A stretch of 64,000 bases of DNA from Acutalibacteraceae bacterium (GCA_963640685.1 CAVIAA010000004.1:543-64542), one strand, 5' to 3'; shown: positions 47,546 through 55,695, numbered from the stretch's first letter. Notes: generated by a model not told the origin, from the letters alone. Program-made: numbers and translations.

Positions 47546-47977
47546 ATTCCAATTTCCTCATTTTTTCAAGTTATTAAGATGTTATTTACAACGGAGTCCA
47601 GAAGAAATCTCCAATATATTTTGGCTTACATTTTGCACTATATCATAAAAATCAGCTCGTTACAACATGTATTGCGTACATGTATCAATACAGCTGCTGC
47701 GTTGCATTAAAGCCACGTATGATTTAGTCGAATAGTTTGATTTAGCTGCTACCGGGCATTACCCTATAAACCAATTGCGAAAGCACAATAAACAAAACAA
47801 CTCGATAAAAGTAAAAATGCCTGCTCCGAAAAGAACTCCGAGGCAGGCATAATTCGTAAAAAAGCCCTGAAATCGAAGGATTTGAGCATAAAAAATAAGA
47901 ACGGCCATTCTGTCAAAATAACCGTTCTTATTTGGCGGAGCAAGAAAAAAGGCCACCCTTCGGATGGTCTTTTTTCT

Positions 47978-48111
47978 TGGCGGAGAAGGAGGGATTCGCC
48001 CGGTGCGACTGGGGCAGTCGCACCGCCAGCCCGGGGAACTCGTAAACGATACACTGTATCGTTTACGCCCCTACCGGGGACGACGTTCCCTTCGAATCCC
48101 CTCTTCCCTCC
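47978..48111 (-). other. Duplicate of the tRNA-Ser 3' end embedded in a 134-nt tRNA-like structured element (pseudo-tRNA, att scar or unknown ncRNA)
   Basis: nt 47978-47998 are identical to the 3' 21 nt of tRNA-Ser(GCU) at 48154-48174. The two ends pair imperfectly and enclose three hairpins. Terminator hairpins flank both sides. Confidence 0.4.
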
Positions 48112-48153
48112 ATCAGAAACACAAAAGGACACCGGATGGTGTCCTTTTGCATT

Positions 48154-48246
48154 TGGCGGAGAAGGAGGGATTCGAACCCTCGCGCCAGTCACCCCAGCCT
48201 ACTCCCTTAGCAGGGGAGCCCCTTACAGCCTCTTGGGTACTTCTCC
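48154..48246 (-). tRNA. tRNA-Ser (anticodon GCU), CCA encoded
   Basis: Minus strand GGAGAAG..CTCCC-CTGCTAA-GGGAG..long variable arm..GAGGG-TTCGAAT-CCCTC-CTTCTCC-G-CCA. Confidence 0.9.
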
Positions 48247-48267
48247 ACGGCATTCGCTTTGTTGTTC

Positions 48268-48356
48268 TGGCGGAGAGAGAGGGATTCGAACCCCCGGTGC
48301 CTTGCGGCATCACCGGTTTTCAAGACCGGCTCCATAAACCACTCGGACATCTCTCC
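48268..48356 (-). tRNA. tRNA-Ser (anticodon UGA), CCA encoded
   Basis: Minus strand GGAGAGA..CCGGT-CTTGAAA-ACCGG..variable arm..GGGGG-TTCGAAT-CCCTC-TCTCTCC-G-CCA. Confidence 0.9.
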
Positions 48357-48491
48357 ATGTTTCAAGCCCCATAATTATAGCAAACGCCGCAGCCCATGTC
48401 AAGCCGCAGGTATAGTTTTTTTGCCGGGCGGGAATTACTACCCCTGCGGGCTGGTTTGCGCCCGCACTTTATAAAGGAGAAAAAGTATTAA

Positions 48492-49193
48492 ATGAAGGAC
48501 AGAATACGGCAATTTTTAAACGGCTACGGCATATACGCCGTGCTGCTGCTCTCGGCGGCGATAGTTGGCATAACGGCGCTTACGACCTTCGGCAAAAAAC
48601 AGCCGGAGCTTGGCGCAAGCCAAAGCGGGGCGCAAACGCTTGAGCAGGCGCTTTTGACCGCGCCGACGCCGCGACCCACCCTGCTGCCATCGCCCACGCC
48701 AACGCCCAAAGCCGCGGTTATACCCGACATCACCCCCGCGCCAAACAAAACCGCAGCGCCAACCCCCGCGGCGCAGAAGCTCTCTGCCCCCGTTAAGGGC
48801 AAAATACAGTGGCGCTTTGCGGTGAATGAGCTCATTTACTCCAAAACGCTGGAGCAATGGATGACCCACGGCGGGGTGGATATCACCTGCGCGCTGGGGG
48901 AGGAGGTAGTCTGCCCGCTCAACGGGCGGGTCGAGGAGATACGCTCTGACGACAGTCTCGGCACGCTGGTCAGAATAAGCCATAATGACGGCTTTGAAAC
49001 GGTTTACGCCAACCTGCGCGAGGAGCCGCCGGTAAAGGCCGGTCAGCCGGTCGCAGCCGGTGAGGTCATAGGCTACGTCGGCGAAACGGCGGCGGCGGAG
49101 TGCGGCGAGGGGGCACACCTGCACCTTGAGGCGCATCAGGGCGGGCAGGCGATAGACCCCGAGGCGGCGTTTGAGCTTGCAGGGCAGCGTTAA
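48492..49193 (+). CDS. M23-family peptidoglycan metalloendopeptidase
   Basis: N-terminal TM, Pro/Thr-rich linker, and M23 motifs HGGVDI, GEVIGYVGET, HLHLE. Confidence 0.88.
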   Translation: MKDRIRQFLNGYGIYAVLLLSAAIVGITALTTFGKKQPELGASQSGAQTLEQALLTAPTPRPTLLPSPTPTPKAAVIPDITPAPNKTAAPTPAAQKLSAPVKGKIQWRFAVNELIYSKTLEQWMTHGGVDITCALGEEVVCPLNGRVEEIRSDDSLGTLVRISHNDGFETVYANLREEPPVKAGQPVAAGEVIGYVGETAAAECGEGAHLHLEAHQGGQAIDPEAAFELAGQR

Positions 49194-49798
49194 TCCGCGC
49201 TCACCCTTATGACCGCAACGGCGCCGGAGAATACCTCAACCTCCGCATCGCCGTTCGCCCACTCGTTGCTTATGCCGAGCGGAAAGGAATTTGTAAGCTG
49301 TGCGGAGTCTATCTGGTATTTCGCGTTGTGAATCGACACCGTGCTCTCGTCGCTGAGCGAAAGGACGGAAAAATGCCCCTTCTGCTGCGGCAGGGTGAGC
49401 TTGCCGCCGCACAAAACGTCTATTTTGCATTTCTCCCCGATTATCGCGGCCTTCGCCCTGGCCCTTGCGGCAAACAGCAGCGTTTGCAGGTTGCCGAGCA
49501 GGTGATCCGCCCTGCCGCCCAGCGCGCAGTACAGCGCAATGCTGTCGCACCCCTGCTCCAACGCGAACTTTACGGCGTACATGGTGTCGGTGTCGTCCTT
49601 TTCCTTTGGCAGGCGAATACAGGATACTCCCTTTGGCAGGGGGCCTGTGTACGAGTCAAAATCGCCGACTATAAGGTGCGGCGTAAGCCCTGCCCAGAGG
49701 GTATACAGCACCCCGCGGTCGCAGGCGATGAGCAGCTCGCATTTCCCCGCACCGGAGAGGGTGTCGTGCTCCCCGCCGGTTATTATATTGCAGCGCAT
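49190..49798 (-). CDS. thiN: Thiamine diphosphokinase
   Basis: LIACDRG...HLIVGDFDS...KDDTD pattern. ATG 49798 lies 8 nt after AAGGAGAA. Confidence 0.85.
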   Translation of the reverse strand: MRCNIITGGEHDTLSGAGKCELLIACDRGVLYTLWAGLTPHLIVGDFDSYTGPLPKGVSCIRLPKEKDDTDTMYAVKFALEQGCDSIALYCALGGRADHLLGNLQTLLFAARARAKAAIIGEKCKIDVLCGGKLTLPQQKGHFSVLSLSDESTVSIHNAKYQIDSAQLTNSFPLGISNEWANGDAEVEVFSGAVAVIRVSAD

Positions 49799-49938
49799 AT
49801 GCATTTCTCCTTCTTTATGTATAGGGCTCTTGTTTTTTATTTTATCACATATCAACTCTCTTCGATATAGCTGTTCCAAAAGGCCGACTTGTGTGGTATG
49901 CTGTTAGATATAATAACGCTATGGAGGTTTCAGCCCAA

Positions 49939-50856
49939 ATGCAGCAGCTTAAAAGATATTTTGCCCTCGCGTTGTGCATACTGCTACTCGCGCTGCCGGT
50001 GCTTGCCGGCGCGGACTTCGGCGATTACTCCGGCGACAGCGACTACGGCGGAAGCTGGAGCTCAAGCTCAAGCTCAAGCTATTCCAGCAGCTATGACGAT
50101 TACGGCTCCAGCTATTACGACGACTCCGACGAGGTCACGTTTTTTGACGTATCGCTGGCCTTCGGAATAGTGATGATACTCGCGGCATACGCTACGATAG
50201 GCGACTGGCACAAGTCGAGAAGCGAGAAAAAGAACACGAATGCCGCCCGCGCCGAGGGCGCAAAGCGCACCGACGCTTCAAAGCTCAGCCCGCTTTCAAA
50301 GCTCAAGGCCGCCGACCCCGCCTTTGACGAGGGGGCGCTCGCCGAAAAGCTGTCCAACCTGTATATGCAGATGCAGAGCTGCTGGACGGCAAAGGACATT
50401 GAGCCGCTGAGGCCGTACTTTACCGATGCATTCTTTACCCAGCTGGAGCGGCAGCTAAACGGGCATAAGAGGCGCGGGGTGACAAACTACGTTGAGCGCA
50501 TCGCGGTGCTTGGCGTTGAGCTGCGCGGGTTCTTTACCTCGGGCGGCGAGCAGCACCTCATAGCCGAGCTGCGCACGAGGATAGTCGACTACACGCTGGA
50601 GGACAAATCCGGCGAGCTGGTATCCGGCAATAAGAACAAAGAGAAGTTCATGACCTACGAGTGGGAGCTGACCCGCGCCGAGGGCAGCAAAACGGAGGCG
50701 AGCGCCGGCGTAAAGAGCATCACCTGCCCGGGCTGCGGCGCGCCGATGTCCATAAACACCACCGCAAGGTGCGAATACTGCGGCAGGGTAGTTACGCTGA
50801 ACCACGCAGACTGGGCGATATCCGCCATACGCGGCATATCACAGCGGACGGTATAA
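49939..50856 (+). CDS. Tim44-like domain protein with signal peptide, Ser/Asp/Tyr-rich region and C-terminal zinc ribbon
   Basis: MQQLKRYFALALCILLLALPVLAGA signal. The Tim44-like block FDEGALAEKLSNLYMQMQSCWTAKDIEPLRPYFTD. CPGC...CEYC ribbon. Start is uncertain (GTG 49891, ATG 49921 or ATG 49939). Confidence 0.7.
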   Translation: MQQLKRYFALALCILLLALPVLAGADFGDYSGDSDYGGSWSSSSSSSYSSSYDDYGSSYYDDSDEVTFFDVSLAFGIVMILAAYATIGDWHKSRSEKKNTNAARAEGAKRTDASKLSPLSKLKAADPAFDEGALAEKLSNLYMQMQSCWTAKDIEPLRPYFTDAFFTQLERQLNGHKRRGVTNYVERIAVLGVELRGFFTSGGEQHLIAELRTRIVDYTLEDKSGELVSGNKNKEKFMTYEWELTRAEGSKTEASAGVKSITCPGCGAPMSINTTARCEYCGRVVTLNHADWAISAIRGISQRTV

Positions 50857-50877
50857 GCATTGTTTTGAGGTAAGCAC

Positions 50878-51303
50878 ATGATATCCACACGGGGAAGGTA
50901 TTCCGTAAGAATTTTGCTGGAGCTTGCGGGGCGGCCGGCGGGGGAGTTCATACCCCTGAAGGAGCTTGCCGCGAGGCAGGATATATCGCTCAAGTACGTT
51001 GAAAGGATAATGCCGCCGCTCAAGGCCGCGGGGCTGGTTGAAACCACGCACGGCATCGGCGGCGGTTACCGCCTTGCGGTATCGCCGGACAGCTGCACCA
51101 TCTGGGATATACTGAAGGTTGCGGAGGGGAGCATGGCGCCGGTCGCCTGCCTTGAAAACGGGGTCGAGCCCTGCCCGAGGGCTGCGGAGTGCCGAACCCT
51201 CCCCGTCTGGAAGGGGTACTACGACCTTACGAAGGGCTACTTTTCCTCGCTGACCCTATCCGACGTCATGAAAGCGCCGGAGGGCGGAAGCTATGTGATT
51301 TAG
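50878..51303 (+). CDS. Rrf2-family transcriptional regulator (IscR/CymR-like, three-Cys motif)
   Basis: MISTRGRYSVRILLELA...ISLKYVERIMPPLKAAGLV HTH. C-x7-C-x5-C (ACLENGVEPCPRAAEC) cluster-ligand-like motif. Confidence 0.88.
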   Translation: MISTRGRYSVRILLELAGRPAGEFIPLKELAARQDISLKYVERIMPPLKAAGLVETTHGIGGGYRLAVSPDSCTIWDILKVAEGSMAPVACLENGVEPCPRAAECRTLPVWKGYYDLTKGYFSSLTLSDVMKAPEGGSYVI

Positions 51304-51342
51304 CGCAAAAATCGAAAGGCGCTCCCAAGCGGAGCGCTTTTT

Positions 51343-52170
51343 TTATGCCTGTTTGTCGTAATCATCTAAGAAATGCACCCTTTTGCCCTTTGTCTTGTAG
51401 GCAATTACGGTATCGAGGCTGACGTTTTCCACGCTTTTGAATATGTGCGCTTCGACCGCGGGGTTGGTCTTTTTAAGCTCGCGTATCAGCCGCTTTACCT
51501 CCTGCCGTTTTGAGGCGGATTCGTCCGTTTCCGCGGCCTCGGTCAGCCTGCATGCGCAGCGCAGAAATTTCAGCCCGTTTTCCTCCCTCCAGGCGATTAT
51601 ATCCTCCTCGCGTATGTAGTACAGCGGGCGTATGAGCTCCATTCCTTCAAAATTCGTGCTGTGCAGCTTTGGCATCATGGTCTGTATCTGCGCGCCGTAC
51701 AGCATTCCCATGAGTATGGTCTCGATAACGTCGTCATAGTGGTGCCCTAAGGCTATCTTATTGCAGCCGAGCTGCCGCGCGTAGCGGTAGAGGTAGCCGC
51801 GCCGCATACGCGCACAGAGGTAGCAGGGGGATTTTTCGATGTGGGACACCGACTCGAATATGTCGGTCTCGAATATGCTTATCGGTATGCCGAGCTTTTC
51901 TGCGTTGTGCTCTATCATGGCCCGGTTTGCGGGGCTGTACCCCGGATCCATAACGAGATAGCGCAGCTCAAAGGGGAACTTATGCTGCCGCTCCAGCTCC
52001 TGAAACAGCTTTGCCATGAGCATTGAGTCCTTGCCGCCGGAGATGCACACGGCGATGCTGTCCCCCTCCTTTATCAGCTCATAGTCCCTTATCGCCCTCG
52101 TGAACGGCCGAAAGAGCCGGTTTTTGAACCGGCCCCTTATGCTCTCCTCAACTGTTATCGCCCTGTCCAT
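51343..52170 (-). CDS. TtcA-family tRNA 2-thiolation PP-loop ATPase
   Basis: PP-loop CISGGKDS, CYLCARMRRG, LGHHYDDVIETILM. The ATG overlaps the cysK stop (TGATG). Confidence 0.8.
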   Translation of the reverse strand: MDRAITVEESIRGRFKNRLFRPFTRAIRDYELIKEGDSIAVCISGGKDSMLMAKLFQELERQHKFPFELRYLVMDPGYSPANRAMIEHNAEKLGIPISIFETDIFESVSHIEKSPCYLCARMRRGYLYRYARQLGCNKIALGHHYDDVIETILMGMLYGAQIQTMMPKLHSTNFEGMELIRPLYYIREEDIIAWREENGLKFLRCACRLTEAAETDESASKRQEVKRLIRELKKTNPAVEAHIFKSVENVSLDTVIAYKTKGKRVHFLDDYDKQA

Positions 52171-53102
52171 CAGTCAGCAAACATCGGGGTGGAAAGGTAC
52201 CTGTCGCCGGTATCCGGCAGCAGCGCAACAATGGTCTTGCCCTCGTTTTCCGGCCGCTTTGCAAGCTCAACAGCCGCCCAGAGCGCAGCGCCGGAGGATA
52301 TGCCGACAAGCACCCCCTCGGTGCGGCCTATCTCCTTACCTGTTGCGAATGCGTCCTCGTTTTCAACGGGTATGATCTCGTCGTATATCCCGGTATCCAG
52401 CACCTCCGGCACAAAGCCCGCGCCGATGCCCTGTATCTTGTGCGCGCCTGCAACGCCGGTCGAAAGCACGGCGGAGCTCTTTGGTTCAACGGCGACTATC
52501 TTTATTGCGGGGTTTTTGCCCTTCAAATACCTGCCGACGCCGGTTATTGTGCCGCCGGTACCGACGCCCGCTACGAATATATCCACCTTGCCGTCGGTAT
52601 CCTCGTAAATTTCGGGGCCTGTGGTCTCAATGTGCGCCTCGGGGTTTGCGGGGTTTACGAACTGACCCGGGATAAAGCTGTTCGGAATTTCCCTTGCAAG
52701 CTCGTCCGCCTTTGCTATCGCGCCCTTCATGCCCTTTGCGCCCTCGGTGAGCACAAGCTCCGCGCCGTAGGCCTTCATCAGCTGCCTGCGCTCAACGCTC
52801 ATGCTGTCCGGCATAACTATAATTATGCGGTAGCCCCGCGCCGCGGCGACGGATGCAAGGCCAATGCCTGTGTTGCCGGAGGTCGGCTCGATTATGACGC
52901 TGCCCGCCTTTAGCAGCCCCTTTTGCTCCGCGTCGTCTATCATCTTCCTTGCGATCCTGTCCTTAACGCTGCCTGCGGGGTTGAAATACTCCAGCTTGCC
53001 CAGCAGCCTTGCCTTGAGGCCGTGCTTTTTTTCGAGGTTGGTCAGCTCCAGCAGCGGGGTGTGGCCGATAAGCTGATCGGCCGAGGTGTAGATCTTAGAC
53101 AT
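52170..53102 (-). CDS. cysK: Cysteine synthase A (O-acetylserine sulfhydrylase)
   Basis: HTPLLEL, PLP-lysine motif [17 protein letters not shown] loop. Confidence 0.93.
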   Translation of the reverse strand: MSKIYTSADQLIGHTPLLELTNLEKKHGLKARLLGKLEYFNPAGSVKDRIARKMIDDAEQKGLLKAGSVIIEPTSGNTGIGLASVAAARGYRIIIVMPDSMSVERRQLMKAYGAELVLTEGAKGMKGAIAKADELAREIPNSFIPGQFVNPANPEAHIETTGPEIYEDTDGKVDIFVAGVGTGGTITGVGRYLKGKNPAIKIVAVEPKSSAVLSTGVAGAHKIQGIGAGFVPEVLDTGIYDEIIPVENEDAFATGKEIGRTEGVLVGISSGAALWAAVELAKRPENEGKTIVALLPDTGDRYLSTPMFAD

Positions 53103-53136
53103 AGTTGATATCTCCTTTAAAATAAATTCGCTCTAA

Positions 53137-53192
53137 ATACTACCAACTTGGTAGGTTGGTGGTATTATACCGCCGCCCTTTTAGCCTGTCAA
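53137..53192 (-). promoter_or_regulatory. Canonical promoter TTGACA-17-TATAAT plus nested palindromes at the cysK start site
   Basis: On the minus strand, TTGACA (53192-53187) and TATAAT (53169-64). Immediately downstream is ATACCACCAAC-CTACCAAgTTGGTAG-TAT, an overlapping inverted repeat at 53137-53165. Confidence 0.6.
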
Positions 53193-53212
53193 GGGGGGGA
53201 GAGCAGAATTTT

Positions 53213-54049
53213 TCAGTTATCAGAGCTGTTTTTTATCTCCATCGCCAGCCTGTACGCCTCGTTGCGGGGTACGTCCAGCAATGCGCTTGCCTGCTTGGCC
53301 GCGTCCTTGGCGGAAACGCCGTCGCTGAGCAGCCGCTTCAGCGTCTCCTCAAGGCTTGCAGCGGGCGCTTCCTCCCCCGCGCCGGCAACCACCAGCACGG
53401 TCTCGCCCTTTGGCGGCTTTTCGGCGTACCGCTGTGCAATTTCGGTGAGCGTTGCGCGGAAGGTCTCCTCGTGCAGCTTGGTGAGCTCGCGGCAGAGCGC
53501 AGCAGCCCTGTTGCCCCAGGCCACGGAAAGCTCGCCTGCCGTTTCCGCAACCCGCAGCGGGCTTTCGTATATTATAAGCGTTCCTTTTATGCGGGAGAGC
53601 CGCGCAACAGCCTCCCGCCGCTCCTTTCCGGCGCGGGGCAAAAAGCCGACAAAGCAGGCCTCGCCTGTCGGCAGCCCGCTCAAAACCAGCGCCGTGAGCG
53701 ACGCAGACGCCCCGGGCAGCACGAAAAACGGCAGGCCGCGCCTTATAAACGCCGAAACAAGCCGCTCCCCGGGGTCGGATATTCCGGGCAGGCCGGCATC
53801 TGAAACGAAGGCTATCGCCTCGCCCGATTGTACACGCTCAGCAATCTCCGCCGCGCGCTGCTCCTCGTTGTGCTCGTGGCAGGATATAAGCGGCTTTGAT
53901 ATCTCCAGCCGCGAAAGCAGCGCGCCGGTGTTGCGGGTGTCCTCGCAGTATACTCTGCTGCACTCCCTGAGCACCCTCAGCGCCCGCAGCGTTATGTCCT
54001 CCATGTTGCCAATCGGCGTTCCGCAAAGGTAAAGCCCGGCCTCCAGCAT
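53213..54049 (-). CDS. rsmI: 16S rRNA (cytidine1402-2'-O)-methyltransferase
   Basis: LYLCGTPIGNMEDITLRALRVLRECSRVYCEDTR, tetrapyrrole-methylase-fold RsmI signature. Confidence 0.9.
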   Translation of the reverse strand: MLEAGLYLCGTPIGNMEDITLRALRVLRECSRVYCEDTRNTGALLSRLEISKPLISCHEHNEEQRAAEIAERVQSGEAIAFVSDAGLPGISDPGERLVSAFIRRGLPFFVLPGASASLTALVLSGLPTGEACFVGFLPRAGKERREAVARLSRIKGTLIIYESPLRVAETAGELSVAWGNRAAALCRELTKLHEETFRATLTEIAQRYAEKPPKGETVLVVAGAGEEAPAASLEETLKRLLSDGVSAKDAAKQASALLDVPRNEAYRLAMEIKNSSDN

Positions 54050-54061
54050 ATCTTCCCTCCG

Positions 54062-54694
54062 TTATTCTTCAAAAATAAGCCCCGTTTTGCCGCCCTTTGT
54101 GCATTGAATCAGCGCAAGGTACGGGCCGCTTCTGCCGTTTACCAGCCTTATCCGCTTTGGCTCAAGCCTGCTTTCAACCAGCGCGTGGAAGCACTCCGCA
54201 AGGCGGGCGGCGGGGTAGCAGAGCCACAGCCTTCCGCCGTTTTTAAGCAGGCGGGCGGCGCAGCCTGCCGCGTCGTAAATGCTGCAGCTGTCCTGATGCA
54301 CGGCGGCGGCAACCGCGGGGTTTTCGCTGCGCGTTCCGCCGGAAAAGTACGGCGGATTGCATACCGCGCCGTCAAAGCTGCCTGCCCTCAGGGTGAGCGT
54401 GCGTATATCTGCGCAGAGCACCTCGATGTCCTCCTCCTGATGATTCAGCGCAATCGACTCCCGCATCAGCGCGCAGGCCGCAGGCTGAAGCTCCACCGCG
54501 GTGAATTTTGCGCCGGTCTTGCCGTTTATAAGAATCGAGAGTATGCCGTTGCCCGCGCCAAGGTCGAGGCAGCGACTGCCCCGCGCCGGCCGCGCAAAGT
54601 TTGCGAGCAGCACCGCGTCGCTCCCGTATGTAAAGCCCTCCGTGTCAACGACTATCGAGAGCCCGTTGTATTGCAGATCCTCAGTTCGCTTCAT
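54062..54694 (-). CDS. Class I SAM-dependent methyltransferase, YabB/TrmN6-like
   Basis: LDLGAGNGILS SAM loop and CNPPYF motif IV. The position upstream of rsmI matches the Bacillus yabB-yabC arrangement. Confidence 0.8.
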   Translation of the reverse strand: MKRTEDLQYNGLSIVVDTEGFTYGSDAVLLANFARPARGSRCLDLGAGNGILSILINGKTGAKFTAVELQPAACALMRESIALNHQEEDIEVLCADIRTLTLRAGSFDGAVCNPPYFSGGTRSENPAVAAAVHQDSCSIYDAAGCAARLLKNGGRLWLCYPAARLAECFHALVESRLEPKRIRLVNGRSGPYLALIQCTKGGKTGLIFEE

Positions 54695-54720
54695 AGAATA
54701 ATAGTATCATAAAATTGGGG

Positions 54721-54752
54721 AAAATAAAATAAAAAGGGATGCCGTGCATCCC
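54721..54752 (-). terminator. Rho-independent terminator (minus strand)
   Basis: On the minus strand, GGGATGC-acg-GCATCCC followed by a TTTTTATTTTATTTT run. First terminator downstream of the BREX / desulfurase / membrane-protein gene string. Confidence 0.7.
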
Positions 54753-54939
54753 GTGAAAAGCGGCGAAGCGGTCATAGCTTCTCGGCATTTACCCGCTCCC
54801 TTGCCCTTGAAAAAACCTCGCTTGCCGTGTGCCGAGCGGTACCGCAGCGGCTCTGTCCGCCTCGTCCAGCTTAAGCTCGGTTTCGTCGGTCAGCGCAGCA
54901 TACCGCTCAAGGCTCAGCACGACCATTTCCCCCTTCACT

Positions 54940-55620
54940 TCACTTCTCTTCACCCCTGGACAAAAACGACACGAACCGAAGCCGCCGGTCCAGCCTTTCC
55001 CCAACAAGGCCGACGGCCTTGCCGTTCGTAAACGCCGCAATTATGGTGCCTATTCCAAGCCCTTCAAGGTGCCCCAAAAAGACGAGCGTCATGCCCGCAG
55101 TTACCGCAAGGCAGGTCACATCGAATATAATTTTCACCTTTGGGTAACCAACGCCGAGAATGCTTGCAAGCTCCCGCGGGAAGAGGTCCGTCGGTATTAT
55201 CGGCAGCCAGCACCGGTTTGAAAGGGCGATGCCGAAGGCTATGAGCGCGTAGCTGACGGCAAAATACAGCACCCGCCACCAAAGCCCGGTCGGCAAAATG
55301 CCTATCCAAAGCTCGTGAACATCCAGCAGCTCGCCGAAAACAAAGCCTACGACAAAGCTGCCGAGGTACTGCGCAACGAAGCGGCGGCGCAGCAGCATAA
55401 GGCTCAAAACCAGCAGCCCCTGAAAAATATACGTCCAGGTGCCGAGCGAAAGCGCAGGCAGCACCTCGGAAAATGCAAACGGCACGCTGGATATCGCCGA
55501 AATTCCGGCGCCGGAATACAGCATCAGCACCACGCCGAAGCTGTTTATTATCACCGCCAGCAGCAGCGCCAGCTCGCCGCGGCATAGGGTCTTGGGTCGT
55601 TGGTCGTCGATGGGTTCCAC
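54940..55620 (-). CDS. Integral membrane protein (YczE/DUF6198-like, tentative)
   Basis: Six predicted TM. LLAVIINSFGVVLMLYSGAGISAISSVPFAFSEVL resembles YczE-type proteins. GTG 55620 lies 10 nt after GGGAGG. The TTG at 55665 is an alternative start. Confidence 0.55.
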   Translation of the reverse strand: MEPIDDQRPKTLCRGELALLLAVIINSFGVVLMLYSGAGISAISSVPFAFSEVLPALSLGTWTYIFQGLLVLSLMLLRRRFVAQYLGSFVVGFVFGELLDVHELWIGILPTGLWWRVLYFAVSYALIAFGIALSNRCWLPIIPTDLFPRELASILGVGYPKVKIIFDVTCLAVTAGMTLVFLGHLEGLGIGTIIAAFTNGKAVGLVGERLDRRLRFVSFLSRGEEK

Positions 55621-55695
55621 AGAGAATACGCCTCCCGAAAAAATAATACGGGCTGCACCGCCCAAATTGCGGTGCTGCCCCTTTCGCAGGCAAGT

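Noticed and set aside
47978-48111. Reading the odd element as an intact tRNA (a third tRNA-Ser or tRNA-Sec)
   Set aside because: - There is no GGAGAAG 5' acceptor strand to pair with CTTCTCC.
- The T-arm is broken after 21 nt of identity.
- The putative arms have 3-nt loops rather than a 7-nt anticodon loop.
- There is no UCA triplet anywhere on the minus-strand RNA, so it cannot be tRNA-Sec.
47759-48374. ORFs 47759-47956 (-), 47764-48192 (-), 47882-48337 (+) and 47964-48374 (+)
   Set aside because: They run through tRNA genes, tRNA fragments and terminator hairpins. They have no RBS and no family resemblance, so they are artefacts of the ORF caller.
54062-55665. Treating the membrane protein, the YabB-like methyltransferase and rsmI as extra BREX components (for example a surrogate PglX)
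   Set aside because: The CNPPYF methyltransferase lies downstream of a strong terminator (54721-54752). It is paired with rsmI as in the conserved Bacillus yabB-yabC arrangement, and it has core-like G+C. It is most simply a housekeeping tRNA/rRNA methyltransferase.
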